A stretch of 11,871 nt of DNA from Candidatus Nanohalobium sp. (GCA_042216335.1 JBDGTY010000026.1:11438-23308); one strand, 5' to 3'; numbered from the stretch's first letter, positions 1-8,363 are shown. The notes: a model not told the origin generated them from the letters alone. Made by a program: numbers and translations.

Positions 1-311
1 GTGTTGAGCTGTTCGATTTCGTCGCTGACTGTGTTTCCTCTGACAGATTTCCTTCTTCTTACCCCATCCTCGTCTTCGTTGATGCCTGCTCCGTCTTCCA
101 GAAGTACTCTTTCTCTTTCGCTTCCATCAATGCTGTGTCTCATCGGGAAGCCGGACTTGTCGCTTCCTCCTGTTATCTTGAGCGTGTAGCCTGAGAGGCC
201 GACGATCCCGCCGTCGAACTCTTCTCCTACCTTTTTCCCGATCAACTGGGAGTTATCTTCGATTTCTTCCTGGAATGTTTGACCGTCAGAAGTTCCGATT
301 GTAATTTGCAT
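1..311 (-). CDS. rps6e: 30S ribosomal protein eS6 (S6e), 5' part; 3' end lies beyond the left edge
   Basis: Manual translation from the ATG at 311 gives MQITIGTSDGQTFQEEIEDNSQLIGKKVGEEFDGGIVGLSGYTLKITGGSDKSGFPMRHSIDGSERERVLLEDGAGINEDEDGVRRRKSVRGNTVSDEIEQLN. It contains the eS6 signatures ITGGSDxxGFPM and G.RRRKSVRGN...QLN. SD-like GCAGGTAG lies upstream. Confidence 0.95.
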   Translation of the reverse strand, partial: MQITIGTSDGQTFQEEIEDNSQLIGKKVGEEFDGGIVGLSGYTLKITGGSDKSGFPMRHSIDGSERERVLLEDGAGINEDEDGVRRRKSVRGNTVSDEIEQLN

Positions 312-322
312 GATTATCTACC

Positions 323-340
323 TGCTCAGTTTCCCGAGCA
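323..340 (-). promoter_or_regulatory. Stem-loop with GAAA tetraloop in the rps6e 5' leader
   Basis: The minus strand reads UGCUCGG-GAAA-CUGAGCA, a 7-bp stem with one G-U pair. It ends 11 nt before the ATG and abuts the SD-like sequence. Confidence 0.55.
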
Positions 341-380
341 TGAAAGACAACGGCGGCAAGCTTTTTGAATACTGTCGGGA

Positions 381-388
381 TTTTTATT
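381..388 (+). promoter_or_regulatory. Putative TATA box for trkH (likely leaderless transcript)
   Basis: TTTTTATT about 25-32 nt upstream of ATG 413. The same motif and spacing occur before the GT2 gene. Confidence 0.45.
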
Positions 389-412
389 CAGGCCTCCAGA
401 ATCAAGGAATGT

Positions 413-1840
413 ATGAGGCCGCGCGTAGTCGCCCAGATAATCGGACGTTTTATGCTGGTTTTCTCAGTTATACTGGCGGCTCCGGTCCTCATCGGCCTGT
501 ACTACACCGAGTCGAGCGCAACGCTCGCACCTTTCATCTACTCGGCCATCACCTGCCTCATAGGCGGTTTCATACTGAAACATGGTGGGAGAAGCGATGA
601 TCCTTCTGTGAAGGAGGCGATGATCGCGACAGTGCTTGGCTGGAGCCTGGCAACTTTTCTGGGAGGAGTACCATTGCTCCCAGAGATGAGTCTTATCAAC
701 GCGGTCTTTGAATCAGCCGCCGGCCTGACAACTACCGGCATGTCGATGTTCACTGCTCCGGGAAGCCTTCCGCATTCGATACTTTTCTGGCGTGCACTGA
801 TGCAGTGGGTTGGCGGCCTCGGGATACTGACTTTCTTCATAGCTGTCATCAGGGAGTCAGGAGGCATCTCCCGTAGACTGTTCTCGGCGGAGACACACAA
901 GTCGGATCCAGGAAGTATAAGGCCTTCCCTGAGAAAAAGCATCATCGAGCTCTGGCGTGTCTACGGGTTCATCACATCCGTGATAATAGGTACTTTCGTC
1001 GCGCTGGGTATGCCCGTGTTCGACGCAGTAACCCACGGATTCTCCACTCTCTCCACTGGAGGATTCTCGACGACAGCCCAGAGTCTTGGAGGTTTCTCAC
1101 CGGCGATACAGGCCGCAACAGTTCCTTTCATGTTCATAGGCGGCGTCAACTTCGTCATACTGTACAGGTTGCTGAGAGGAGAGCTGAAATCCCTGAAGAA
1201 CTCGGAGTTGAAGCTCTACACCCAGATATTCCTGGCGCTGACTGGGGTCTTCCTGCTGGAAACCCTGAACTCCTCAGGTCTGTCGCAGGCGCTGCTGGAC
1301 TCTGCTTTCCAGTCGGCATCCATCATCTCCTCCACAGGCTTCGCCACTACCTCACTCATGGCTTTTTCGATCGCCGTCCAGATAATCATAATCGGAGTCA
1401 TGTTCGTCGGAGGCTCGGTCGGTTCTACTTCAGGCGGATTGAAGGTGTTCCGGCTCAAAACTCTGATAGAACTGCTGAGGACACGTATCCGGGCCTACTC
1501 TCTTCCAGAGACCGCGATAAACGAGGTCAAGATCGACGGCGAGCTGCTGGATGTTTCTGCTATAAGGACTGTCTCCGTCCTGTTCTTCATCTGGGTGGCG
1601 GTCGTTTTCCTCGGAACAGTCTCTGTACTGGCGTTTGACAACGTCAGCTTTGCTGCTTCGCTTTCCGGAGCTGTTTCCGCGGCCGGCAACATGGGACCTG
1701 TCTTCCTCTCCGGTGAGAGGATGGTTGAGCTTTCCTGGATCTCGAAGTCGGTCTGGATCGTTTTGATGCTGGCTGGGCGTCTTGAGATGCTCCCGGTTCT
1801 GGCAATATTTAATAGGAGCATCTTCCCAGATTCAAAGTAA
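413..1840 (+). CDS. trkH: Trk-type K+ uptake membrane subunit TrkH
   Basis: Four P-loop glycine motifs (GLTTTG, STLSTGGFS, ISSTGF, AGNMGP), plus WRALMQWVGGLGI, GGSVGSTSGGLK and LAGRLE. Start set at ATG 413 rather than TTG 365, whose extension covers the promoter. Confidence 0.95.
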   Translation: MRPRVVAQIIGRFMLVFSVILAAPVLIGLYYTESSATLAPFIYSAITCLIGGFILKHGGRSDDPSVKEAMIATVLGWSLATFLGGVPLLPEMSLINAVFESAAGLTTTGMSMFTAPGSLPHSILFWRALMQWVGGLGILTFFIAVIRESGGISRRLFSAETHKSDPGSIRPSLRKSIIELWRVYGFITSVIIGTFVALGMPVFDAVTHGFSTLSTGGFSTTAQSLGGFSPAIQAATVPFMFIGGVNFVILYRLLRGELKSLKNSELKLYTQIFLALTGVFLLETLNSSGLSQALLDSAFQSASIISSTGFATTSLMAFSIAVQIIIIGVMFVGGSVGSTSGGLKVFRLKTLIELLRTRIRAYSLPETAINEVKIDGELLDVSAIRTVSVLFFIWVAVVFLGTVSVLAFDNVSFAASLSGAVSAAGNMGPVFLSGERMVELSWISKSVWIVLMLAGRLEMLPVLAIFNRSIFPDSK

Positions 1841-1842
1841 GG

Positions 1843-2502
1843 ATGTACGTAGTGATCACAGGGATCAACACACTATCCCGGAAACTCGTCGATAGGCTGG
1901 AAGGCAGGCACGACGTCGTCATAATAGACGAAGACCAGGACAAATGCGAACGCCTCTACAGCTCCTCAGGAGCAACAGTCATAAACAAGTCACCTTCAAC
2001 ACTCTCAGCGCTGGAAGACGCCGGCATAACACAGGCAGACATATTAATCGCGACGCAGCAGAACGACAACGAGAACATGGTAGTATGTTCCCTCGGAAAG
2101 AAGTACGGTGTGCCGAAAGTGGTTTCCCGGATGGAGGACGACGAATATTTCGAGGCGTTCCAGATTATCGATGCACAGGCCATCGGCCACACAGATTTAC
2201 TTCTCTCGGAGTTCCTATCCGCGGTGGAACACCCTTACCTCGTGAAGCTGGCCAACCTCTCCGGCGACAGAGAAGTACTGAAGGCGCAGATACAGGACGA
2301 CTCCTCACTCAACGGGAAGACGGTCAAGCAGTTGAAGCACCGGAAGAAGTTCCCGGAGAAGTTCAACGTCGCATCGATAGTAAAAGATGATGAGATCCTG
2401 AATGCGGAGTCCGAGACCGAGCTGGAGAGCGGAGACTCCATCATCCTGATAGGGCCGGAAGAGGAGAAGGAGAAGCTGGACAAACTCTTCCAGAACCAGT
2501 AG
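1843..2502 (+). CDS. trkA: TrkA/KtrA-family single RCK (RCK_N + RCK_C) regulatory subunit
   Basis: Starts 2 nt after trkH. Contains HDVVIIDED, LEDAGITQADILIA, D.EN..VC.L.K.YGVPKVVSR, and the C-terminal TrkA-C pattern (S.L.GK.V..L; ELESGDSIILIG). Confidence 0.9.
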   Translation: MYVVITGINTLSRKLVDRLEGRHDVVIIDEDQDKCERLYSSSGATVINKSPSTLSALEDAGITQADILIATQQNDNENMVVCSLGKKYGVPKVVSRMEDDEYFEAFQIIDAQAIGHTDLLLSEFLSAVEHPYLVKLANLSGDREVLKAQIQDDSSLNGKTVKQLKHRKKFPEKFNVASIVKDDEILNAESETELESGDSIILIGPEEEKEKLDKLFQNQ

Positions 2503-2540
2503 CCCCAACCGGTAAAACACCTTCTCTTCAAAACCTTTAC

Positions 2541-3962
2541 ATGACCGCAATCGTCTGGATCAGGAGAAGCCTCAGAGAACACGACAACACCGCACTCGTC
2601 GAGGCCAGCAGAGAACACGACGAAGTCATCCCGTTCTACGTGGTCGACGACGAATACTTCGAGAACGCAACTCTTGGTTATCCGCGCGTCAAGTTCTGGC
2701 ATGATGCTCTGAAAGACTTGAAGGAAAACCTGGATGGAAAAGATGGCAAAGATTTGATTGTTCGGAAGGGAAAACCGGTCGAGGAACTTCAAAAAATAAT
2801 AGAAGAGACGGATGCAGACGCAGTCTACCACAACAGGGACTATACACCGCACTCCCGGCAGAGAGACGAGAATGTAGAAGAGGAACTAGAGGTAGAGGTC
2901 GAAACATTCAAGGACGTCGTGATGTTCGAGAAAGAGGAAATCCTGACCAATTCCGGCACGCCGTACAAGGTCTACACATACTACAGCAAGAAGTGGTTCG
3001 ACCGGGAGAAGAGACGGCCGCAAGATGTAGAGGAATACACTACACCGAAGGCTGAGTCAGATGAGATACCTTCGCTGAAGGAACTCGGATTTGAAGAGTC
3101 GGACGAACTTGAGTGGGTCTGGAACCCGGGCAGGGAAGGCGGAAAGGAAAGAATCGAAGATTTCAAGGATAAGATCTGGAACTACGACGAGAACAGGGAC
3201 TACGCCTGGAAAGACGCGACTTCAAAGCTTTCACCACACCTGAAGTTCGGCACGGTGTCGATCAGGGAGGTTTTCTGGGAGGCAGAGAGGATCAAGGCCA
3301 GGAACCCGAACGACGATACCTCGGGAATCAAGACCTGGCAGGAGGAACTGGCGTGGAGAGACTTCTACATGCAGGTTCTGTGGAACTGGCCGGAAACCAC
3401 GGAAAAACCTTTCCTAGAGGAATATGAGGAGATAGAGTGGAGAAGTAAGGAGGAAGCCAAGGAGGATTGGGAGGCCTGGGTGAAAGGTGAGACCGGCGTT
3501 CCTTTCGTTGACGCAGGTATGCGGCAGCTGAAGAGGACCGGCTGGATGCACAACCGATTGAGGATGGTAGTAACATCTTTCGCGTGTAAAAATCTATGGC
3601 TGGACTGGAAGGACGTCCACAAATACTTCAAGAAGATGTTTGTTGACGCTGAGATCGCCTCGATGGTCGGAGGCATCCAGTGGGCCTATTCGATCGGAAC
3701 GGACGCCCAGCCGTACTTCCGTGTATTTAACCCGTTCTCTCAGGGCGAGGATTACGATCCCGACGGAGAATACATCCGGAAGTGGGTTCCAGAGCTGGAA
3801 GACGTGCCCGACGAGCACATACACAAGCCACATGAGATGAACCGGCTTCAGCAGGAGGACTGCGGCGTGGAGATCGGCGAGGATTATCCCGAGCCTATCG
3901 TTGACCATGATGAGCGCAGAAAGGAGGCTATCGAGAAGTTTGAGGAGGCTCGGGAAGATTAA
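2541..3962 (+). CDS. phr: Photolyase/cryptochrome family flavoprotein, class I CPD photolyase-like, with atypical flavin-site residues
   Basis: Motifs WIRRSLREHDN.AL, TSKLSPHLKFG, EELAWRDFY, GETGVPFVDAGMRQL..TGWMHNRLRM, GTDAQPYFRVFNP, DPDGEYIRKWVPEL and YPEPIVDH. Confidence 0.95.
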   Translation: MTAIVWIRRSLREHDNTALVEASREHDEVIPFYVVDDEYFENATLGYPRVKFWHDALKDLKENLDGKDGKDLIVRKGKPVEELQKIIEETDADAVYHNRDYTPHSRQRDENVEEELEVEVETFKDVVMFEKEEILTNSGTPYKVYTYYSKKWFDREKRRPQDVEEYTTPKAESDEIPSLKELGFEESDELEWVWNPGREGGKERIEDFKDKIWNYDENRDYAWKDATSKLSPHLKFGTVSIREVFWEAERIKARNPNDDTSGIKTWQEELAWRDFYMQVLWNWPETTEKPFLEEYEEIEWRSKEEAKEDWEAWVKGETGVPFVDAGMRQLKRTGWMHNRLRMVVTSFACKNLWLDWKDVHKYFKKMFVDAEIASMVGGIQWAYSIGTDAQPYFRVFNPFSQGEDYDPDGEYIRKWVPELEDVPDEHIHKPHEMNRLQQEDCGVEIGEDYPEPIVDHDERRKEAIEKFEEARED

Positions 3963-3987
3963 TAATTAGGGTTGGTGAAGTTTTGGT

Positions 3988-4854
3988 GTGATAGAATTAG
4001 GGATTTTGCTGGCTCTGGGAGTAGCGGTTGTGAAAGGGTTTCAGAGCGTCTACGAGAGGGAGAACGTACTTGACACGGACGAGTACGTTACCGCTTGGAG
4101 TTCGAGGTTCTTTGCGCTTCCCTTCCTGTTAGTTTTCCTGGCTTTTCAAGGCGTTCCAGCCCTCAGTACGGATGTCCTGTTTTACCTGATACCTCAGGGA
4201 TTACTGATCACTTTTACTTCCGTTCTGATAGCCAAGGCGTTCAAGGAGTCGGATGCATCGATCGTCACACCTATGTTCGCTCTTTCACCGATCCTTGTAG
4301 TCGGCACCTCGTTCCTTATGCTCGGGGAGACGCCTAGCCCAGAGGGAATAATCGGTATTTTGCTGATAACCCTGGGAGCGTATATCCTGAAGATACAGGA
4401 GTCGACTCATGTACTTGATCCTCTGAGAAAGCTCTGGAAGGAGAGAGGCGTCCAACTGATCTTGGTAGTGATTCTGATCTACTCGGTGACCGCAAACATC
4501 GACAAAATCGGAGTTACAAGGTCCTCAGCGGTTTTCTGGACTCTTTCAATCCACTTCACGGCCTCTATGCTGCTACTGCCCATCATGATCGGTAAATCCT
4601 CAGACTGGAAGTCCAAGGTGAAAAACAAATGGCAGGAACTTGGGTTCCTGGGAAGTCTCGGAGGCATCTCCAGCCTCCTCCAGATGACCGCACTGAAGCT
4701 TACACTGGTCTCCTACGTCATCGCCATCAAAAGACTGAGCATACCTATAGCAGTTATATTCAGCTTCTTCATGCTTAAAGAGAAGGAAAGCTTCTCGGAA
4801 AGGATGGCCGGATCCGCACTGATGGTGATAGGCGCCATACTGATAACGTTGTAA
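3988..4854 (+). CDS. EamA-like DMT superfamily permease (about 10 TM)
   Basis: 288 aa hydrophobic protein with two EamA-like halves (KA...SDASIVTP...LSP..V......LGE; ALK...VSYV..IKRLS......LKEK). GTG start with GGTGA SD-like sequence upstream. Confidence 0.88.
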   Translation: MIELGILLALGVAVVKGFQSVYERENVLDTDEYVTAWSSRFFALPFLLVFLAFQGVPALSTDVLFYLIPQGLLITFTSVLIAKAFKESDASIVTPMFALSPILVVGTSFLMLGETPSPEGIIGILLITLGAYILKIQESTHVLDPLRKLWKERGVQLILVVILIYSVTANIDKIGVTRSSAVFWTLSIHFTASMLLLPIMIGKSSDWKSKVKNKWQELGFLGSLGGISSLLQMTALKLTLVSYVIAIKRLSIPIAVIFSFFMLKEKESFSERMAGSALMVIGAILITL

Positions 4855-4856
4855 AA

Positions 4857-6134
4857 CTACTTCTCCACCCGGTACCAGTCCATATCCCGGTCGAACAGGA
4901 ACTCGAGGAACGATCTTACAGTTATTATGCTGAAGAACGGGAAGACAAGCGGAACAGCAACCCAGGAAAAACCAATTGAATCCACAAAGTTGTACTTTCT
5001 ATCGTGAAGACGCATAGCCAGTGCGATGACAGCCAGAGAAAACACAGGCACGCTGTAGATCATCTCCGCACCGAGGAAGAACAGTATCAGGAATTTCGAG
5101 ACCACTGTAAGCATAAGGAAGCTGCCTAGAAGGCTTCCAGAAGCCAGCAGTACTGAAAAGATGCTTCTCCTGCCACTGAAGTCCTTGAAAAGTTTATGGA
5201 ACATCTTGGACATGACCTGGAAGTATCCTGTCATCCATCGCTTTCTCTGTCCCCACCAGTCCCGGAAACTGTGTGCCGCAAGGTTTTCAACCGGCAGAGG
5301 AACGTCAGCGACATCCACCTTGTTGATATAGCATTTATGGGCGAAATCGTAGTCCTCCACCAGTGTATCATCGCTGTAGCCACCGAGCTCCTCGAAAACA
5401 TCCTTCCTCATCCCGACACTCCTGCTCCCAACCAGCCTGAAACCAGTGAAGAGTGTGAGGAGCTGCCGGGAGATGTAGGTGAAGAAGACTGATTCATAGT
5501 AGCTGAGTGACTCGATCAATCCATCGGGTTTCGGGACGTTACGTGCCTGGACTATCTCATGCTCCTGGAGCTCTGAAACAAGTTCTGAAAGGAAGTTCGG
5601 ACGTACTCTCTGGTCGGAGTCGAAGAAAGCGATGTACTCCGAATCTACCTCTTCTACCGCGTAGTTCATGGCCCCTGCCTTGCTTCCCGGGTACTTCGTG
5701 TTGACGAGATACTCTACTTTATCATCCTCAGCCAGCCTCTCAGCCCTCTCTATCCCCTCATCATCGTCCTCCTCGCACACTATGAGAACTTTGAAATCAT
5801 CATAGGACGATTCGAGCAGCGAGTCGACGCTCCTGTCCAGTACCTCGTAGTCCCGATAGGTCGGGATTATGCAGGTTATCATTCCTTCTGGTGTTTCTTG
5901 CGGAGAGGCGTACCTTCCAATCCTGACGAGATAGATGACTGCGGAGACCGTGAAGAACCCTGCGAACCCGATGCTGGAGACAGCGGCATCAAGCCACAGC
6001 ACCTCGAAAACCACGAAGAAAAGGTCTACTGTGAACCTGTGAACCTGGAATCCCTGGAAGAAGCCAAGGCCTATCAGGAACAGGACCAGCAGGATGAAAC
6101 CTGTTCTCTCGGCCACACCTTTCAGACTGAACAT
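4857..6134 (-). CDS. Membrane GT2 glycosyltransferase, cellulose-synthase-like (processive signature)
   Basis: Motifs IIPTY, KAGAMN, FFDSD (DxD), GGY...TLVEDYD and QRKRW (5235-5249), with N- and C-terminal TM helices. Confidence 0.9.
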   Translation of the reverse strand: MFSLKGVAERTGFILLVLFLIGLGFFQGFQVHRFTVDLFFVVFEVLWLDAAVSSIGFAGFFTVSAVIYLVRIGRYASPQETPEGMITCIIPTYRDYEVLDRSVDSLLESSYDDFKVLIVCEEDDDEGIERAERLAEDDKVEYLVNTKYPGSKAGAMNYAVEEVDSEYIAFFDSDQRVRPNFLSELVSELQEHEIVQARNVPKPDGLIESLSYYESVFFTYISRQLLTLFTGFRLVGSRSVGMRKDVFEELGGYSDDTLVEDYDFAHKCYINKVDVADVPLPVENLAAHSFRDWWGQRKRWMTGYFQVMSKMFHKLFKDFSGRRSIFSVLLASGSLLGSFLMLTVVSKFLILFFLGAEMIYSVPVFSLAVIALAMRLHDRKYNFVDSIGFSWVAVPLVFPFFSIITVRSFLEFLFDRDMDWYRVEK

Positions 6135-6157
6135 ACAGACTTTTAGACAGAATCAGA

Positions 6158-6165
6158 AATAAAAA
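6158..6165 (-). promoter_or_regulatory. Putative TATA box for the GT2 gene
   Basis: Minus strand TTTTTATT about 24-31 nt upstream of ATG 6134. Confidence 0.4.
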
Positions 6166-6230
6166 CCAGGTCTGGAGTTTCTGGACGGTAAAATTTACTT
6201 AAAACCCGGAAGCCCATTCTATGCATAGTG

Positions 6231-8363
6231 ATGACCATCGGTTCAAAACTCGGAAAAGTCACTGTTCTTCTCGCACTAACAACCCTTGTGATCGGACTCG
6301 GAGCATCGCTGAGCTGGGAAAGACCTTCCAATGATGGGAAACATATCAATAAATCTTTCAGGCTCGAGGTCTCCGGTAATTCAGGACTCAGTGGTGTCAA
6401 TTTCTACTTCGATAAAGGAAACGGGTGGAAAGATGCAGGAAGTGCAAGCGAGAATTCCGGAACATACTATACCGACCTTGGTAGCACGAACCTGGGAAGC
6501 GTCGAAGGCCTGAAATTGAAGGCCAATACTTCAGATGTAGATGCTAGCGATAATGAGACAAGTACAAGGACTGTGACATTAGATGTCGGAGGACTTAGTG
6601 TAAACCCCAATGAAGACAATAAATACGTAGGAGCCGATCCAAAGATCGAATTCCAGGTTTCAGACAACTATAGCGATGTAATCAATGCTACTGCATCCGT
6701 AAGTTCCTCTGATGGATCGGTTTCGATCAGCAGTGATGCCAGCGTCAACCCTAACTGCAATCCCGGAAATACCTGTGCTGTAAGCTTTGATATAGATACG
6801 AGCGACCTGAGCAACGGCGACCAGTTCACTGTTGATGTCACCGCCACCGACCAGGTAGGAAAAACCGGAAGTGACTCAGCCACCTTCACATTAGATGATT
6901 CGTATAACGGTGATACTTCTCCGACTATCTCTCTGGAGAACGGCGGGAGTAACGGAGTGGTTTCGCTGGATGAGGGTGAGGAGGCGCAGGTAAACATCGA
7001 TATCGATGATAAAGATAACGAGAATACTGATATCCGGGCGAAGTGTTTCGCGAACGATGATAAGATCGGTACGACGGATTACGCGAGTCCAGGTGATGGT
7101 TCGGAGTTTTCGTGCAGTGTTCCTGCGGACGAGTACAGCGGAGATGTGAACTTCGAGGTACTGCTGTGTGATGAGGCAGGTAACTGCATGGATGACAGGG
7201 CTTCGAAGGATATCACTATCGACACCGAGCTTCCTACCATAGGTTATGTTGAGCATCCGGAAGGTGTTTCGACCTTTAACGGAGAGTTCACTTTGAACTA
7301 CGGTGCTTCCGATGATACGGGTATCAAGAGGCTGGAGTACAGCACGGAATCCGGAAACTACGGCAGCGGGATAAAGGTCGAGAGGGACGGCGACGGCCAG
7401 TTCACGGTCGCGGTAGACGATATCTCTCTCAACGCAGGCGGAACGAATACTCTCTACATCAGGGCACTGGATAAGGCCGGTCAGTGGAGCGGCGAGAAAA
7501 AATTCCAGTTCGAGTACTACCCTAACAAGCAGCCAAAGATCTCACTCAGTGCCCCTGAACGAGTCGAGGTTAAATCCGATTCCACTAAGACCTTCGACGT
7601 CACCATCGAGAACACCGGAGAGTTCCTGATCAGGAACTCAGTCATCTCTGACGGCAAGCTCGTGGAAGAGAACATCAACGTGACGGACCTGAAGGAAAAC
7701 TCAAGTATAACGAAGTCGATCACTATAGATGCCTCGCAGAGAGGTGTTGGGGTCTACAACATGACCTTGAGTTCGGATAGTCCATCAGCTTCGACTACTG
7801 TCGAGGTCGTGGTCCAGGCGACCAAGAGCCAGCAGCAGAGCATCAAACAGGATGTTGAGAACTGGGCTTCTAAGCTCGAAAGCCTGGAAAGCAATATCTC
7901 GAAGCTTGGAGGCCTTAAAGAGGAGAACAAGGAAGCGCTGGAAGGAAACGTCTCAGAGTTCAGGAGGAAAGTGGAGAAGGCTCAGAACGCCACGCAGAGC
8001 GGGGAATACTACAGGGCAAAGAATTACCTTCAGAACATCGACTCCGAATTCTCTCAGGCCTCCCAGACCTATACAGAGGTCAGGAAGGAGTACAACCAGA
8101 GGATGACCAACAGGTTGATCATGATCGCACTGGTGGGAGTTGTCGTCCTGGGAGGAGGAGCAGCCGGATTCCTGCTTTACAGGGAAGAGGAACTCCTGGG
8201 AGATGAGGGACTGCCGGACGTGCTACCAGATGACTGGGAGATCGACGTACCCGACAACCTTCCGGAACTTGGAGTGATGAGCAAGGCCAAGGGGCTTCTT
8301 GGAAACGGTGAAAGCGAGGAGGAAGAAGAGGAAGTCGGCTACACCTTCGAGGACTTCACCTAG
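6231..8363 (+). CDS. Large secreted, C-terminally membrane-anchored surface glycoprotein with Ig-like repeats, a CARDB-like domain and a helical stalk
   Basis: N-terminal signal-like segment (KLGKVTVLLALTTLVIGLGA). Beta-rich S/T/D/N/G repeats carry Big-like D.(A/V)G motifs (TATDQVG, LCDEAGN, RALDKAG), followed by V.I.NTG, a charged helical region, a TM helix (LIMIALVGVVVLGGGAAGFLLY) and an acidic tail. Start is ATG 6231 or in-frame GTG 6228. Confidence 0.8.
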   Translation: MTIGSKLGKVTVLLALTTLVIGLGASLSWERPSNDGKHINKSFRLEVSGNSGLSGVNFYFDKGNGWKDAGSASENSGTYYTDLGSTNLGSVEGLKLKANTSDVDASDNETSTRTVTLDVGGLSVNPNEDNKYVGADPKIEFQVSDNYSDVINATASVSSSDGSVSISSDASVNPNCNPGNTCAVSFDIDTSDLSNGDQFTVDVTATDQVGKTGSDSATFTLDDSYNGDTSPTISLENGGSNGVVSLDEGEEAQVNIDIDDKDNENTDIRAKCFANDDKIGTTDYASPGDGSEFSCSVPADEYSGDVNFEVLLCDEAGNCMDDRASKDITIDTELPTIGYVEHPEGVSTFNGEFTLNYGASDDTGIKRLEYSTESGNYGSGIKVERDGDGQFTVAVDDISLNAGGTNTLYIRALDKAGQWSGEKKFQFEYYPNKQPKISLSAPERVEVKSDSTKTFDVTIENTGEFLIRNSVISDGKLVEENINVTDLKENSSITKSITIDASQRGVGVYNMTLSSDSPSASTTVEVVVQATKSQQQSIKQDVENWASKLESLESNISKLGGLKEENKEALEGNVSEFRRKVEKAQNATQSGEYYRAKNYLQNIDSEFSQASQTYTEVRKEYNQRMTNRLIMIALVGVVVLGGGAAGFLLYREEELLGDEGLPDVLPDDWEIDVPDNLPELGVMSKAKGLLGNGESEEEEEEVGYTFEDFT

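Noticed and set aside
1-189. 62-aa plus-strand ORF
   Set aside because: Antisense shadow of rps6e, with the Ser/Leu-rich composition typical of the reverse of an acidic protein gene.
332-380. Inverted repeat TCCCGA...TCGGGA in the rps6e/trkH spacer
   Set aside because: Only 6 bp with a long spacer, compatible with chance. The local hairpin at 323-340 is the better structure.
310-600. 96-aa plus-strand ORF and the TTG-365 extension of trkH
   Set aside because: Both run across the divergent promoter region, the 96-aa ORF overlaps trkH out of frame, and neither has recognisable motifs.
538-3908. Numerous antisense or alternate-frame ORFs inside trkH, trkA and phr (e.g. 2235-2852, 1944-2390)
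   Set aside because: Fully explained by the codon bias of well-supported genes, with no motifs or halophile-like composition.
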